Assembly (NCBI GenBank): GCA_965207375.1
Contig: OZ242274.1
Coordinates: 1,152,001 to 1,216,000, forward strand
Source: Nitrosopumilaceae archaeon
GTDB lineage: Archaea > Thermoproteota > Nitrososphaeria > Nitrososphaerales > Nitrosopumilaceae
Reading direction: 5' to 3'
Length of the DNA stretch: 64,000 nt
Shown: piece after piece, positions 10,667 to 22,452 of the stretch
Layout of the letters: every line of letters starts with the position of its first letter
How positions within the stretch are numbered: the stretch's first letter is position 1
Program-made: the position numbers and the translations under genes
The notes under the pieces: generated by a model
Databases searched by the model: none
What the model saw: only the letters and a program-made list of their open reading frames with translations
Told to the model about the DNA's origin: nothing

Positions 10667-11065
10667 GTGAAGATAGATCATATTGCAATTGCAGTACATG
10701 ACGTGGAGGCATCTGCCAAGGTGTACCAAGAAGCATTAGGTGTTGACAAGGTAGAATTTGAAACGGTCAAAACAGAAAGAGTCCGAATTGCAATAATAAA
10801 ACTAGAAAATGGCAGAATTGAGCTAATGCAGCCAACTGACGACTCTAGCCCCATCAAGAAATTTTTAGAAAAAAAAGGGCAGGGCCTGCATCACATGGCA
10901 TTGCAGACAGATGATATAGACGGAGAGGTCATTCGAATGGAGGGCTGTGGTATTGAGTTTTTAGGAAAAGTCAGGCCCGGTTCAGAAGGCACTAGGGTTA
11001 CCTTTGTTCATCCAAAATCATTACACGGTGTCTTGGCTGAGCTGTGCTCACATCCAAAAGTGTAA
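10667..11065 (+). CDS. mce: Methylmalonyl-CoA epimerase
   Basis: VOC fold: IDHIAIAV, IELM.P, GLHHMAL and FVHPKS..GVL.EL. Confidence 0.95.
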   Translation: MKIDHIAIAVHDVEASAKVYQEALGVDKVEFETVKTERVRIAIIKLENGRIELMQPTDDSSPIKKFLEKKGQGLHHMALQTDDIDGEVIRMEGCGIEFLGKVRPGSEGTRVTFVHPKSLHGVLAELCSHPKV

Positions 11066-11179
11066 CAATATCACAAATCAATTCTCAATTGATCTAAGAT
11101 ACATAGGTGTATCTTGGTTGCCAAATGAATTTTTTTTGCATTTTGGTAAAATTCTTTTCTCGCTTTAGATTGATTCAAA

Positions 11180-13768
11180 CTAGACAAAAAATTCTTTTGC
11201 GCCTTTTTTAGTTAGTTCTTTATTTTTTGTTTGACAATAATTGGTAGTGAACGTGCATTTTGGACATCCTCCCCAATCTTTGTCTTTTTGATTTTTATCT
11301 GTTGGACAGTCACAATCATTCAAAAGTGATCTGCTTATGTCAAGTATTTTTTCAAACTGATCATAGATGATCTTACTGCATCCATTAAATCCATCCGATG
11401 AGTTATCGTATATGTAAATTGCACCCTTCTCGTAATGTGCATCTATATCGCTTGATTCTGATTTTGTCAAAATTTTACCTGCATTAACTAGAAGATGCAA
11501 TATGGTGTGGATTTTAGGACAATCTGCTATGGAATTTGAATCTGAAATATATTCTGACGAAAGCATTATGCTAACTGCAGAATGCTTTGATTCCCAATGA
11601 AAATTATTCCATGATGGCGTGTTGCCTTCTCCATATCTTTGATACTTGTCTACTGATTCGTTATAGTTTCCTTTCATATATCCTGTGATTGTTTTATCTA
11701 GTGAGATTATTCCGTAACGTAATGCTGTCTTTTTATTTTTGATTTTAGTTTCTCTATAGATTGCCTTATCTTCAAATATCTGACTAATTGCTGTTTTGAC
11801 AATTGGAATTGTCATTTTTTGTCTTTCGTATGATTTAACAAGATGCGCTCTAACTTCGTTTTGAGCTTTGATCAGAGACTTTACTTCATAGTTTTGTTTG
11901 TTAAAGTGATAAATTGCATTTTGGTATAGTTGGTAATATCCTGCAGGCACACTTCTAGTGCCTATTTTTTTTGAGTTATAGTATATTGCAATATCTCCTG
12001 ATGCTCCACGCAAATTAGAACTATTTGCAAAGTCAAAGAACTTAGCCTTGTCTGGATTACCTGCAGCCTGATTTTCTATATCTGTTGATTTTTCGTGTTT
12101 TTCTGATATGATCGGGTTTTCTTTGTTAATTGAAATTACATGATCTTGCGACAAGTATTCGTCAACATGTCGTGCAAAATAATGACATGCAGCATCGTCT
12201 GGATCAAATACGCAAATGGCATATGATTCTTGGCCTTTTCTTCCTGCTCTGCCGATTCTTTGAATAAAAGAATCAAACTCATTTTTGAATGCAGATATGA
12301 CTACATCCACATGTCCTATGTCTATGCCTAATTCTAGTGTAGGTGTACATGATAATACGTCAAGTTCTCCCACCTTCATTTGGGTTTCATATAACTTTCT
12401 GTCGCTTTGATCTAATCCCCCTCTGTGAATTTGTATTCTAATTCCCTTGTTTGTCTCCTCTACATTTGATGCAAGAAACTCTGCGTCGTTGTGCGAGTTG
12501 CTAAAGACTAGCTGCTTTGATTTGTTCTTGTAGCAAATAGCTGATAGCATCTCCATGGTTGTTCTTTGTTTGAATTTTCTTGGCATTACAAAAAACATGT
12601 GCATGTTTTGCCTTCTTCTAAACCTGCTTTTGATGTATGTAAATGAGGATCCTGGAAGATCAAACATGTTTGAAAAAAATTCTTTTGAATTATCTAGTGT
12701 TGCAGAGGATCCCACAAATTGAACCTTACCCATGTGCCGCCTCATTCTTTTTAATACCTGGTATACATTAGAGCCATAAAAGCTAGTGTAAGAATGCGCC
12801 TCATCCATTATTATGATTTTTGCGTTTTTAAATAGAATATTCCATTTTTTGTCTTGTAAAATTAGATGATAGTTGATGAAATCAAAATTGGTTGCAAGGA
12901 TTAGGGATTTTTTGCTAGCGTTTGAGATTATCATGTCTTTGTAAGCTGTACTTTGACCTCCATGAATGGAGTATGCTGCCATTTTACTGTCTAGTTTGCA
13001 TTTTTGAATCAAGTTTGAAATTTTAGACACTTGATCATCAATTAATGCATTGAGCGGATATACAAGCAGTGTAAAAACTCCTGGTGTGGGATTCTCTGAG
13101 ATTTTCTGCAAAATCGGAATTACAAACGCCTCTGTTTTACCTGCGCCTGTGGGTGCCGAAATTAGGGAATTTTCACCCTTTAGAATTGCCCTTATTGATT
13201 CTTCTTGAAATGGTAGCAATCCTGTCAATCCACATTGTCTTAATCCTTGGATAATATTTTCAGACAATACGTCACTTGTAGCCTCAATGGGAATTTTTTC
13301 AGCCTCTGGTGCTACCAATCTTTCATAATGAATTAGTGCAAGTGATTTTTCTTTATGGCCTTTAATTATTTCTCGAATTATTAGATTCTCGTCAATTAAA
13401 GATTTTGGAATTTTAGAAATATCATATAATGTGCTTTGAGGCAGAAATATCTCATCTGTTTGTTCTTTGAGGATTGTGTTTTCTTTGTTTTCATCTAAAT
13501 GTTGTAATTTTATTTGGCCATCACATCTGTGAGGTTCACCTGTTTTAAAATCCATGGGGATGAATTTGCCACTATCTGACTTGAATTCTTCATCCCAGTA
13601 AATTTTTGCACCGCATCCTTTGAAGCATTGTTTTGTTTTTCCAGAATAATTCATTTTGTAAATTGGTTCTTTGATTTTTTCAGGATCGCAGCTAGGACAC
13701 ACTCTTGGACCTCCCAAGTCCTCATAGTTTTGTACGAGTCTGGCATCACAATTGGGACAAAACTTCAT
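11180..13768 (-). CDS. DEAD/DEAH helicase of Hrq1/MrfA type (DUF1998-like Zn C-terminus) with N-terminal Zn ribbons
   Basis: APTGAGKT, YPLNALIDDQ, DEAH, SAT, LELGIDIG, QRIGRAGR; C-terminal CDC...GCPKC...C. Confidence 0.85.
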   Translation of the reverse strand: MKFCPNCDARLVQNYEDLGGPRVCPSCDPEKIKEPIYKMNYSGKTKQCFKGCGAKIYWDEEFKSDSGKFIPMDFKTGEPHRCDGQIKLQHLDENKENTILKEQTDEIFLPQSTLYDISKIPKSLIDENLIIREIIKGHKEKSLALIHYERLVAPEAEKIPIEATSDVLSENIIQGLRQCGLTGLLPFQEESIRAILKGENSLISAPTGAGKTEAFVIPILQKISENPTPGVFTLLVYPLNALIDDQVSKISNLIQKCKLDSKMAAYSIHGGQSTAYKDMIISNASKKSLILATNFDFINYHLILQDKKWNILFKNAKIIIMDEAHSYTSFYGSNVYQVLKRMRRHMGKVQFVGSSATLDNSKEFFSNMFDLPGSSFTYIKSRFRRRQNMHMFFVMPRKFKQRTTMEMLSAICYKNKSKQLVFSNSHNDAEFLASNVEETNKGIRIQIHRGGLDQSDRKLYETQMKVGELDVLSCTPTLELGIDIGHVDVVISAFKNEFDSFIQRIGRAGRKGQESYAICVFDPDDAACHYFARHVDEYLSQDHVISINKENPIISEKHEKSTDIENQAAGNPDKAKFFDFANSSNLRGASGDIAIYYNSKKIGTRSVPAGYYQLYQNAIYHFNKQNYEVKSLIKAQNEVRAHLVKSYERQKMTIPIVKTAISQIFEDKAIYRETKIKNKKTALRYGIISLDKTITGYMKGNYNESVDKYQRYGEGNTPSWNNFHWESKHSAVSIMLSSEYISDSNSIADCPKIHTILHLLVNAGKILTKSESSDIDAHYEKGAIYIYDNSSDGFNGCSKIIYDQFEKILDISRSLLNDCDCPTDKNQKDKDWGGCPKCTFTTNYCQTKNKELTKKGAKEFFV

Positions 13769-14036
13769 GAATACACTTTAGGATAAAACTACTATTAATG
13801 AATTGATAAGCATCAAAACAATAGATAATGGTGATGTGCGCAAATCTGTGTGTAACAAATTATTTAATTCACACTCATTTGGTGCAGACACAGAACATAT
13901 CGTTGTAATCATTTGTTTTTTATTTCTGTTTTCATGCGCAACATGTGGGCATTGACACGATATGATGAGGTCACACACTCAAGCATTACCATGAGACAGA
14001 TGATAGGTGCAGTCATGGTGTGTGCTTTAGAATATA

Positions 14037-14793
14037 TTAGAATTGTCGGAATGCCGTACGATGCAGGTGGCACAAGTTAGGGGCGAATTTCCATCTACTG
14101 AAGTAGGCATCAAGTGCATCTAGAATCGCCCATGATTCTATTCGTGCGTGTTCCATGCCGCCCCTGTACGCAAAGACACGATTACATTTTTTGCACTGGT
14201 ATCGCTGTGTAATACCGTTTTTACGCAGTATATGACCATATTTTATGAGGCGGTCGTGACCGCAATGCATACAGTGTGATGGAATCTCTATTAGAACTAT
14301 TTCTGTGGTTTTTTCAGTGTTGTCATCTGTATCTTTGAGCTGTTTGTTCTTGCAAGGCAGCTTAGCTGCATCTTTGGATTGTTCATCAATTATTGTCTCT
14401 GCATCTCTGTCTACAGTATCTGCAATTACTGCTAGGATATGCTTGCATTGAGCCTGTCTGTATTTGTGATCTGGACAGTCACATGACCAGGAATTTTTTT
14501 TTCTGTATCACGGTATATCTGATGTTGTCCTTAGATTGGGACTGTACTGTGTAATGGTTATGCCTGATTTTTTTTATTGCATTTGATGTTTCTAGTATTT
14601 TCAAGGCACGGTTTCCACGCCCTTGTGCCCCCTTACTCCAGGATACGCGTGTACTCATCCATCTAGTAACTCTTGCCATTTTGTCAGTACTGCGCGTAAG
14701 CAGTACTGATGTCTTGTTTCGTATAGCCTCAAATTTTTCGTGTAGTTTAAATTTTGATCCTGTATATGATTTTTGATGTGTTAGTCCCATCAT
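14037..14793 (-). pseudogene. N-terminal half of an archaeal IS6-like DDE transposase (SWIM finger + Zn ribbon), frameshifted and truncated
   Basis: YTVQSQS...YTV, then after an A9 run (T-run 14494-14502) the shifted frame reads WSCDCPDHKYRQAQCKHILAV (SWIM). This continues in frame to CMHCG...QRYQCKKC and ALDAYFS. Confidence 0.7.
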
Positions 14794-14924
14794 TGCTAAA
14801 TCCGATGGGACTACATGTCGTGATACATTTGGATCATGTGGGTTAACAAATTTTGAAAAAATGGTTAAATTTTTGATCTCTTTTACCTGTACAAAAGCAA
14901 ATTATGCTGCAATTGAAGAAATTT

Positions 14925-14989
14925 TAGGCACGGGCAATTCGGAGAAAATTTGCATATTGACTTTGACCAACAGTTAACGCTGGAGAATC
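14925..14989 (+). repeat. 65-bp dispersed direct repeat, copy 1
   Basis: TAGGCACGGGCAATTCGGAGAAAATTTGCATATTGACTTTGACCAACAGTTAACGCTGGAGAATC; 59/65 identical to 15625..15689. Confidence 0.9.
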
Positions 14990-14990
14990 A

Positions 14991-15506
14991 GACGAAGAAT
15001 ACATTTCCATAAGAGGTAAACAAAATTATCTTTTTGCAGAGATTGATTATGATACCCGATTTTTACTAGCATGGGAGGTTGTAGACTGCAAGGACGGACA
15101 CAATGCAGAAAATCTACTCAAAGCTGCAGCAGCCCGTGCCGGAAAGAAACCTACAGAATTTGTAAGCGATGGCCTGCCCTCATATGCACAGGCATTTGAA
15201 TCAGCATATGCTGCACCAAACGCGATACATCAACATTGCACACACATATCAAATGCAGGTATTGCCAAAAAGAACAACAACAATGTCCAGGAAAGATTCA
15301 ACGGGACATTACGTGCTATACAACGGCCTAGGCGCGGCATTAAAAGTAAAAACTCGCCAATATTTGCAGGATGTGATATTTATTACAATTTCATGCGGTG
15401 TCACTCAAGCCTTGGAGGCAGGACACCTGCAGAGGCTGCAGGTATAACTATACACGGACAAAAATGGAGGACAGTAATATCAAACGCTGCACTGTACGTG
15501 CAATAA
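14991..15506 (+). pseudogene. C-terminal DDE domain of an IS6-like transposase, no start codon
   Basis: Hand translation: DEEYISIRGKQNYLFAEIDYDTRFLLA...KPTEFVSDGLPSY...NNVQERFNGTLR...YYNFMRCHSSLGGRTPAEAAGI. Confidence 0.85.
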
Positions 15507-15624
15507 ACTCTAATGTCAAAGTTACAGGTGTGATGAAACAGTGACAACTCGGAGAAGATTATGTTCTGCTAATGTGTGATTGCTTTGATAATGTGTGATT
15601 GATCTGCTGGTACAGGCAGTAATC

Positions 15625-15689
15625 TAGGCACGGGCAATCCAGAGAAAATTTGTATATTGACTTTTACCAACAATTAATGCTGGAGAATC
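15625..15689 (+). repeat. 65-bp dispersed direct repeat, copy 2
   Basis: TAGGCACGGGCAATCCAGAGAAAATTTGTATATTGACTTTTACCAACAATTAATGCTGGAGAATC, 700 bp after copy 1. Confidence 0.9.
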
Positions 15690-16204
15690 CTTTCAGACAA
15701 GAAAATAAAACAATGCATCGATAACATCCAAAAACCAGGCAAGATACCCAATGCAAAAAAATTGCGAGAAGAGATCCACAAGATTCACGGCATCAAGTAC
15801 AGCAAATCAGGAATACGAAGGATACTGACCAAAAACGGTCATACCTTCAAAAAAATTATGCCCATTCATGTACGTGCAGCCACAAACGAGGAGGCAGACA
15901 TCTGGCGTAAAAAGAATTTTCCAAAGATTAGAAAACTGTAGAAACAGGGACACAAACTTGTTGCTCTAGATGAGGCATCAGTTGAAATTGATTCAAATTC
16001 CAGATATGGATATTGCAAACGCGGTACGCGGTTGTATGCCACATACAACGGTACAAAGCAAAAAGTGCCTATCATTGGCGCTATGGTAGAAGATGGACGA
16101 TTTATGTTTCGTACAAAACCCAAATTTAATTCACCTATGTTTATAGAATTTTTACGAGATATGCAACGGACAATGGGATCCACAGTAATTGTGATGGATA
16201 ATGG
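15690..16204 (+). pseudogene. IS630-family transposase remnant
   Basis: Winged HTH (LREEIHKIHGIKYSKSGIRRIL..NGHTFKK), in-frame TAG at 15939, then LVALDEAS...F.EFL...IVMDNG (DDE_3). Truncated at both ends. Confidence 0.85.
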
Positions 16205-16400
16205 TGAGGACCTCGCTATGAGAACACTTGCATTAATACACCTTAAAGTCAATACGGGGGAAGAGAACTTATGGTAAAAAGCAAGTTTACACCAGACCAA
16301 AAAGTACAGATCGTACTAGAATCAGCTATGTAAATTTCCGAACCGCAGGATGAATTATCTACACCACCAAACTTAATTTCAGAGAACTTTCACTATGTCA
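16205..16400 (+). mobile_element. Probable IS3-family deletion remnant
   Basis: Begins with TG exactly where the IS630 frame breaks. ATG 16271 encodes MVKSKFTPDQKVQIVLESAM*, resembling an IS3 OrfA N-terminus. Ends ...TCA, but the terminal repeats match poorly. Confidence 0.45.
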
Positions 16401-16432
16401 TCTTTATTAGCATACTTTCACCTGAATATGTA

Positions 16433-19400
16433 ATGATTTTGAAAAAGAATCTAAACATGAAACCGGTGATGGCGATCTTGTTTTCAGCATTACTGTTAAT
16501 CCCTGCAATACCTCTTAGCAGTGCAGTTGATGACTCCATTACCGATATGACAGATTCCGAGATACAAAACCCGTTAAAGCAACTTCAAAATGGTGTACCA
16601 CCAGATGAGATTCTGTGCAGGGATGACAGAATACTGATGCTGCGTCCCAACTCAGAATATACCTGTGTCTATACCACATCTGTAGAAAATCTTCAAATGC
16701 AAGAATGGCAATTATCTGTAGTTGCACATATGCAAGATAGTGTAATGTCCAATTCAACCACATTGAAAATCACATCTGAAGATTTTGACCAAAAACAATT
16801 TGGCCATGGCAGTGGGCAAAAGTTAATACCACCTGAAATGATCATAACGTTTCCCACACATGTCAAGGTTGGTCAAACCTTTATGATCAACTATACATAT
16901 TCGTGGATAACAACTGATCAAGACGGTAATGTAAAACCGATTGCATCTATGGGGCCTCTGTTGGAGATGATAGGTGACGAATTACAGAAACCACCAACTG
17001 AAATAGAAATTGCTGAACTAGCAGGATTTTTTGAGATGAATTTTACAATGCGTTGGAGTATGCCCGATGAATTCATTCTGATTTCCCCCGAACCTACACG
17101 CGCAGTCAATTTCCTTGGAGATGCACATGATCCACATGTCCTAAAATTATACTTGTATGATTTACCGTATGATTTTACCAAAATTCATGAAGGTCAATTT
17201 ATAGTGAAAATGGATAAGGAAATGTTACACGACATAGACATTGTTGCATGGAATATCAACGGTGAAAGAATCGAATTATATCCAAAGAAACAGTCAAGTG
17301 GAATAAAATTCGTAACAGAACACGTTGACGCTTCAGAAATATGGGACTATGATAATGGAAGATATTCTGTCATTCCTCCACATACCGGTCCATATGTGCC
17401 GCCACAACCAAAAGAAGAATCGATTGTTGTCGGTGCATCCGTAGATGAGGGCCCAATGTACCTTGAAAAAATACACTGGGACAGCTTTGCAATATTTCTC
17501 AAAGACTTGGTTCAACAAAATGAAAACCCACAAAACATGACACGGTGGCTCTTGGATCAAAACCTTACAGAAAAGTTCGTAAACGATTTTCTGACAGAGT
17601 ATCCAGAGTTTAAAACACAGAACATTCCTAATGGTGTGATGGGTCAGTCTTCCCCACCCACATCTCTTTTTGTTATTGGTAAACTCCTAACATATGACAG
17701 GGATAATAAAGTAATACCGATGCACGATGTCAAGGCAGTGCATTTAAAACAACAAATCATGATTTTCTTTATAATGGTATGACTCCAGTATGTTCACAAA
17801 CTAGTCTTGATGGTAGTTTTAATTTACATGTGGTAAATGATTTGCCGGGAAACAAAAAGATCAGCTTCAGGACGGGTGCCTTGCTTTCTAATTCTGTAGT
17901 TGAAATTGCAGCAAATAATAACATAATACAACAAATTGGCAAAATCACGACACAACAATCATCAACAATCCTCAGAATCACACCTCAAATAATAGATTTT
18001 ATTCATTCTAATCAAATATATTTACATTTTTCAGATATTCAGTCAGCGCATAAAAAAGTCAAATCAAGTTTGAACTATGACATACCATTTGTAAACATAA
18101 ACTATGTTGTTTGGAATCCTTATCCTGAATATTTACATCCACCGTCTCACTCTGGTAGTGACACTATAGTCATCGGCTTATACAATGCAAATTCAAATGA
18201 TACTCTTTTAAACATGCCTTCCCTGGTACTACATGAATATGGACATCACGTACAACAAAAAGTATATGAAAAACAAGGTACATATCTTCCGCCGTGTTCA
18301 AAGCACACATTTGTAAGCACAACAAGCGACAGCTGTGCCTGGGCAGAAGGATGGGCGTGGTTTTTTGCGTTATGGATATTAGATTCCTCACAAATACTTA
18401 CAGGCTTTAGTTTTGATCCAATTAATTTTGAAAAAAACAAATACTTGTTTGGTAAAAGTACAGAAAAATCATTCCCAAGTGAAGATATGAAGACATCCGA
18501 AGGAAGTGTGGCAGCTACATTATGGGATATTTATGACACTACAAATGAATCAGGAGATAACATCTCAAAGGGTATGTCAAATATTTGGAAAACCTTTATT
18601 GACAAAAAGGAATCAGATGAAAAATATCCAGCTATTTCAATAACAGAGTTTGTCAATGACTGGAATGACAATTCTTATCCTTCACTTGATAGCGTATTAA
18701 AATTAAATAAAATAAATAAAATTGATAATCCTCCTACAATCAACTCTATTCCCAATATTTCATTAAAAGATTCACAAACAAAAAAAATAACAGTCATTGC
18801 AAGTGACAAGGACAATGATTCAATAACGCTATCCTTGCAGTCTAGTCCTAGATTTGTCAGTTTATCTGGAAATACAATTACAATAACTCCTAGCACATCT
18901 GATGTAGGCACATACACAGTAACGGTACAAGCGACAGCCAACGGCAAGACAGATACAGAATCATTTACAGTTACAGTAACTAAGAGCACTTCGCGTAACA
19001 ATGCTCCTCCAGTAATATCTCCTATTTCCAACATATCTCTAAAGGACTCCCAGACACTTTCATTTTCAATTGTGGCAACTGACAAGGAAGATGACTTCAT
19101 AACTCTGTCCCTTGTAACATCTCCCAAATTTGTTACTCTTACTGGCAATACAATTTCTATCAATCCTACAAGCTCCGATGTCGGCATATATACGGTAACG
19201 GTACAGGCCGTATCCAACGGCAAGACAGATACTGAATCCTTTACGGTTACAGTATCCAAAACAGTAGTTGATACTGCCCCTGTGATATCTGAAATTGCAG
19301 ATATATCAATGACAGATTCTCAAACTAGAACCGTTACAGTTACTGCAACTGATGCAGATGGTGACACAATATCACTATCGCTACAGTCAGCACATAGATT

Positions 19401-21528
19401 TGTCAGCATATCAGGAAATATCATTACAGTCAAGCCTAGCACATCTGATGTCGGCACACATACTGTAACCGTAAAAGCTACAGCCAACGGTAAGACAGAC
19501 ACTGAATCATTTACTGTAACAGTATCTCAAACGATAATTGATAGCCCACCGGTTCTAACACCACAACCAGACATTACAATAAACCACACAGAAACAAAAA
19601 CACTTGCAGTTACAGCAACTGATCCAGATGGTGATGCCATAACTGTGAGCCTTGCAAGTTATACTCCTGACTTTGTAACGATACAATCTATATCGGCAAA
19701 CTCTACAATCCTGATAAAACCTGCACTCTCTGATGTAGGCACGCATAATGTGGGGATATATGCAGATGCAAACGGAAAACGAGCAGTTGATGTATTTAAA
19801 ATTACAATACTAGAGGAAATCATAGATGCAGCACCTGTAATATCTGCAATTCCTAATGTCTCCATGTTTGATTCACATACTAGAGCAGTTACAGTTACTG
19901 CAAGTGACCGGGAGGGTGATACCATAACACTGTCACTACAATCATCACCTGACTTTGTTACTTTATCAGATAATATAATAGCAATAAAGCCTGCTAAAAC
20001 CGATATCGGCACATATACAGTAACTGTACAAGCAACAGCCAACGGCAAATCAGATACCCAATCTTTCAAGGTGATAGTGGCCAAGAGAGTCACCTTTGAC
20101 ACCGGACCGGTAATGCAAACGGTTCCTGACATTACAATGATTCATACTCAGACAGAAACACTTGCTGTTACTGTAACTGATAAAGAAAATGACATCATAA
20201 CTATGAGCCTTGCAAGATACACGCCTGACTTTGTTACTTTATTAGACAAGGGTGGCGGCAAGGGAACCATTACAATAAATCCAGATTCTTCTGATGTGGG
20301 AGTTCATTATGTTGGAGTATTTGCATATGCCAACGGCTTGTTTGCAGGTAACACGGTACGTGTGGCAGTTACCAATGTACCAGCAGATACTGTACCTCCT
20401 GTCTTTTCTAATATACCTGCAGACATTATACAATCAACTAGTTCCAATAAAACTTTAGTGACATTTGTGCCACCCACTGCAACTGATGATACAGACGGTA
20501 CAATACAGGTCATATCATCACACAAGTCAGGCATATTATTTCCCATAGGAAACACAACTGTAACATTTACTGCAACAGATTCTGCGGGGAATAGCGCGAC
20601 ACACAACATGACAATCACAATTACCAAAATACCGCCTGCTGCACCCCCCACTGTCCTGTTTCATGACACCTTTGATGGTACACTAGACAGCTGGACATAC
20701 AAGGAAATACCTTATACCCCGTGGATAAAAACAGATTGTGATACACAAAATAATAACGCATACACGTTATTGTACAGTACCGAGCATAACGGTTCAGCAC
20801 ACATAAACTATACAACACAGTGCTGGTTTGGAATGGCAGGTGCAAATAAAACCATAACCATACCAGAATCCCAAAAAGACTATTATCTGCAAATCAGCCT
20901 AGATCATAGAAGTCTTGCAGACATGCGCCACTATGCAAATGTCGGAAATGTAAACAATCACTTTATGTCAATTACTGATTCTGATGGTCTAATTATACAA
21001 TATGTGACGCTGTTTCAGGGTGAATCTCATGATACCATACAGGACACTGCCTGGAGACAAAAATCAATTATGTTGTCACCTACAGATATTGCAAGGTGTC
21101 CATGTGACGTATTTGTCTATGTGTCTGACTATTGGCGTATACCATGGAAGCAGCAAGGGTACATTGACAATGTAGAAATGAAATTTGTGCAGGGTGTGAC
21201 AGGTGCTGTACCTGAGACACCAAACAGTTTGACTATAGATGAGTTTACAAAAGCAGTATTTGCAAATGGCACTAAAATTGCAATTACAGGAAAATATGTA
21301 ACAGATGATACGGTTCTAGTATCTTGGGAGGCATTTGCAGATGCAACTCAATACAAGGCAGTAATTACACCCATAGATACACAAACTAAAACCATACACA
21401 AGAAAATCACAAATACTCATTACGAGTTTACTGAACTCGAACCTGACACTGCATATACCATCAAAGTCATGGTGGCAGATTACCCTTCAACTAAGAGTGT
21501 CATTACGGCAACCACTTTGGGCAGATAG
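16433..21528 (+). CDS. Large secreted zinc-metallopeptidase adhesin (~1700 aa), split by a frameshift near 17737 into ORFs 16433..17782 and 17779..21528
   Basis: Signal peptide; thaumarchaeal PLKQ...C...CV motif; LHEYGHH...AWAEGWA gluzincin motif; 6 cadherin/Ig-like repeats (18724-20380); HYR domain; C-terminal Fn3. Adding one base gives the continuous reading VKACAFKTTNHDFLYNGMTPVC. Confidence 0.8.
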
Positions 21529-21546
21529 ATTCTACAGATTATAATC

Positions 21547-22440
21547 ATGTTACGTGTCTGGTTTCGTGTCATTCGAGTTAGGTTTCTTTTAGCCTCCATA
21601 ATTGCAGTATCTGTAGGTCTTTCAATTCATTGGTGGCAGTCTGGAACACTTGATGTTTTGCATGCCCTAGTTACCGTTGCAGGAGTTGTGGCTTTACATG
21701 CAAGCGTGGACCTGTTAAATGATTACTGGGATTTTAAACGGGGAATAGACACTTTGACAAAACGCACCAAAATGAGCGGTGGTACAGGTGTTTTGCCTGA
21801 AGGGCTGTTAAGACCAGAATCTGTGTATCGTGCAGGAATCGCATTTTTGATTACAGGCTCTGCAATAGGTGCATACTTTGTAGTTACACATGGGTGGATT
21901 ATTGCAGTTTTGCTAGGATTTGCCATAATTGCAATCTACTTTTATTCTACTAGAATAGTCGATTCTGGACTAGCTGAAATCTTTGTTGCAATCAAGGGCA
22001 CAATGATTGTTTTAGGCACATTTTACATTCAATCAAATACTTTGATGATTGAATCTGTACTTGCAGGAGTTGTTGTAGGAGTATTATCTTCATTGGTTTT
22101 ATTTGTTGCATCTTTTCCAGATCATGATGCAGACAAGGCAAGGGGCAGAAAAACGCTAGTCATTGTGGCAGGCAAGAAAAAGGCTGCTTTAATATTTTGG
22201 GCATTTCCTAGTCTTGCATATATAATAATTATAACAGGAGTCCTGTTACAACTGTTTCCTATTTTATCTTTGATTACCCTCTTAATGCTACCGCTTGCAA
22301 TATATGCAGGAATTGGTCTTAAACGCAACTATGATCAAATTGACGGCCTTGTGCCCTTTATGGCCAAAACTCTTAGCTTTGGCAGAATAACTGGCGTACT
22401 GTTTGTAATTGGCTTTATCCTAGGCAGGATCTACAATTAA
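21547..22440 (+). CDS. menA: UbiA/MenA-family prenyltransferase
   Basis: NDYWDFKRGID and PDHDAD...GRKTL Asp-rich motifs; multiple TM helices. Confidence 0.85.
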   Translation: MLRVWFRVIRVRFLLASIIAVSVGLSIHWWQSGTLDVLHALVTVAGVVALHASVDLLNDYWDFKRGIDTLTKRTKMSGGTGVLPEGLLRPESVYRAGIAFLITGSAIGAYFVVTHGWIIAVLLGFAIIAIYFYSTRIVDSGLAEIFVAIKGTMIVLGTFYIQSNTLMIESVLAGVVVGVLSSLVLFVASFPDHDADKARGRKTLVIVAGKKKAALIFWAFPSLAYIIIITGVLLQLFPILSLITLLMLPLAIYAGIGLKRNYDQIDGLVPFMAKTLSFGRITGVLFVIGFILGRIYN

Positions 22441-22452
22441 ATTCTATATCCT

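Noticed and set aside
11180-13768. DISARM or other defence system built on the DUF1998 helicase
   Set aside because: It is a single fused Hrq1/MrfA-type gene with no methylase or drm partners nearby.
15169-15447. 92-aa plus-strand ORF in the track
   Set aside because: Wrong frame; the transposase DDE frame 14991..15506 explains this region.
18675-20651. Val/Thr-rich antisense ORFs in repeat-domain genes (also within 32787-40288 and 49897-57207)
   Set aside because: These are shadow frames produced by the codon bias of the sense-strand genes.
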